A model generated the notes under the pieces. The model ran no database searches. It was given only the letters and a program-made list of their open reading frames with translations, and was not told the DNA's origin. This document shows, one piece after another, positions 62,847 to 64,000 of a stretch of 64,000 bases of DNA. Numbering within the stretch: the first letter of the stretch is position 1; each line of letters opens with the position of its first letter. A program made the position numbers and the translations under genes. Where the stretch lies: NCBI GenBank assembly GCA_964057225.1, contig OZ059896.1, positions 18,786,001 to 18,850,000 on the forward strand, in the 5' to 3' direction. This stretch comes from Auanema rhodensis (Eukaryota > Animalia > Nematoda).

Positions 62847-64000
62847 AATCAAAGAACGAAAAATAAAAAGAGAAAGATTTATTAAAGAAAACAAAAAAAA
62901 ATACAAAAAAATTCAAGAGAAAATTCCAAACTGAAAAAAATATAAAAAAATTCCTTATCACAATAATTTTAGGACAAAAAACAACTAAATATTGTTTTAA
63001 TCAGATTACGGTAGTTGATTATCAACAGTTCACTGTTTACCAACAATCTCTAAATGGAGCGCGATTACTATGGATTGTTTTATCAATGGGTCATTTTATT
63101 CAAATTATTCATTTTATTTAATTTTTTCATGAATAATTGTTATCTTAATATTTTATATAAATTATATTATATATTTATCTTTATTTATACTATTCATTTT
63201 AGTATCTATAGCCATATTCTTGACACTCCTTTATATATATATATATATTTATGTACAAAACTATTCTATACTAGTACTATATTCCTACTATATTCCTACT
63301 ATATTCCTATTTTATTTTTCTTTTATCTTCTTTTAAATTTTATCTTTTTCCCTCTCTTATTACTATTATTTTTTCTCTTCTTCCTAATATAACCCAGAAA
63401 ACAGCCAAATAATTTTGAAATTTTTTATCTGAATCCCGAACCTAAGATTTACAATTTTGCATTTTGATCCTAAAAGTAGCCCGTGAGAAGCAATACCAGA
63501 CTGTCTCGAGAACTGAGCGGAGGCAACCACTATTTTTGATATAAGACGTACGCATTCCTGATTTTGAAGATCCCTTTTTGGTCCTATTTTTGCAAATTTG
63601 AAAATTACGACAGAATTAGTCGAGAATGAAAGTGTTAGAGTGGTCTCACCATGAAAAATCAGGGGAGCAGAATTTCGTTAAGGGGGCGATTTCTGTGATT
63701 TTTCATAGGCAAGAGAAGTCTGGGAAAGTGAATGTACGAGGCCTGAGCACCTAATCTTGTCGAAAGACTGAAAGGGAATACTGCTTAGATCACCGTCGTA
63801 TATTTCACGCCTATTCGAGAGATGGGAACTTGATCCTAGAAAGGGCGCACCGGTCACAGGCCCGTGTATGTACCCGATTGAGCAATTCTCCGTTAGAAGA
63901 TTCGCTGCAGGCTGGCCCCCTAGCAAGCGTCACGCATACAACCCCATATTGCCTCTCACGTTGTATATATATTTTTATAAGATTCGCATCGTTGGTATAA

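Larger units (their letters stand above)
55602..63225 (-). mobile_element. Element F: Ty3/gypsy LTR retrotransposon nested in element E
   Basis: 379-bp LTRs 55602-55980 and 62847-63225, TSD CTCC, PBS and PPT on the minus strand, gag-pol on the minus strand. Confidence 0.96.
54548..64000 (+). mobile_element. Element E: LTR retrotransposon, 5' LTR and long leader only; interrupted by element F and running beyond the window
   Basis: Array breaks at TGTTCCAT; a 413-bp segment ends ATGGAACG and abuts a 21-nt tRNA-Gln PBS; it contains TATATAA and AATAAA. No 3' LTR or ORF seen, so assigning 63230-64000 to E is inferred. Confidence 0.75.

Noticed and set aside
55809-63392. Hydrophobic ORFs MERDYYGLFY... 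at 55809 and 63054
   Set aside because: They are AT-rich low-complexity translations antisense within the element F LTRs.
63678-63926. 82-aa minus-strand ORF near the window end
   Set aside because: It has no recognisable domain and cannot be evaluated without downstream sequence.

Overview
This is AT-rich eukaryotic DNA, most likely from a nematode (one primer-binding site matches the nematode-type tRNA-Pro 3' end as I recall it, and splice acceptors are TTTCAG-like). The backbone is a tandem array of ~376-378 bp units, each carrying one tRNA-Arg(TCG) gene and a Pol III T-run terminator. I count about 79 copies: 74 on + and 5 on -, with the orientation switching at ~40.8-43.0 kb. Six retroelement sequences interrupt it. 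(A) 18198-28345 is an intact 10.1-kb Ty3/gypsy element with one ORF in the order Gag, class III (herpes gB/chuvirus-like) envelope, Pol. (B) 37048-39737 is a 2.7-kb non-autonomous copy of the same family in which two of three internal deletions are exact GT-AG introns. (C) 40801-43009 is an LTR-less pol fragment of a sister family at the inversion breakpoint. (D) 44110-53797 is an intact BEL/Pao element with a phlebovirus Gc-like env and a separate zinc-finger ORF. (E) From 54548 another LTR element runs off the window end. (F) 55602-63225 is a minus-strand gypsy element nested inside E. All four insertions directly into the array lie 27-70 bp upstream of a tRNA gene, suggesting Pol III-guided targeting. 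The repeated 60-97 aa ORFs are shadows of the tRNA repeat. All comparisons were made by eye.
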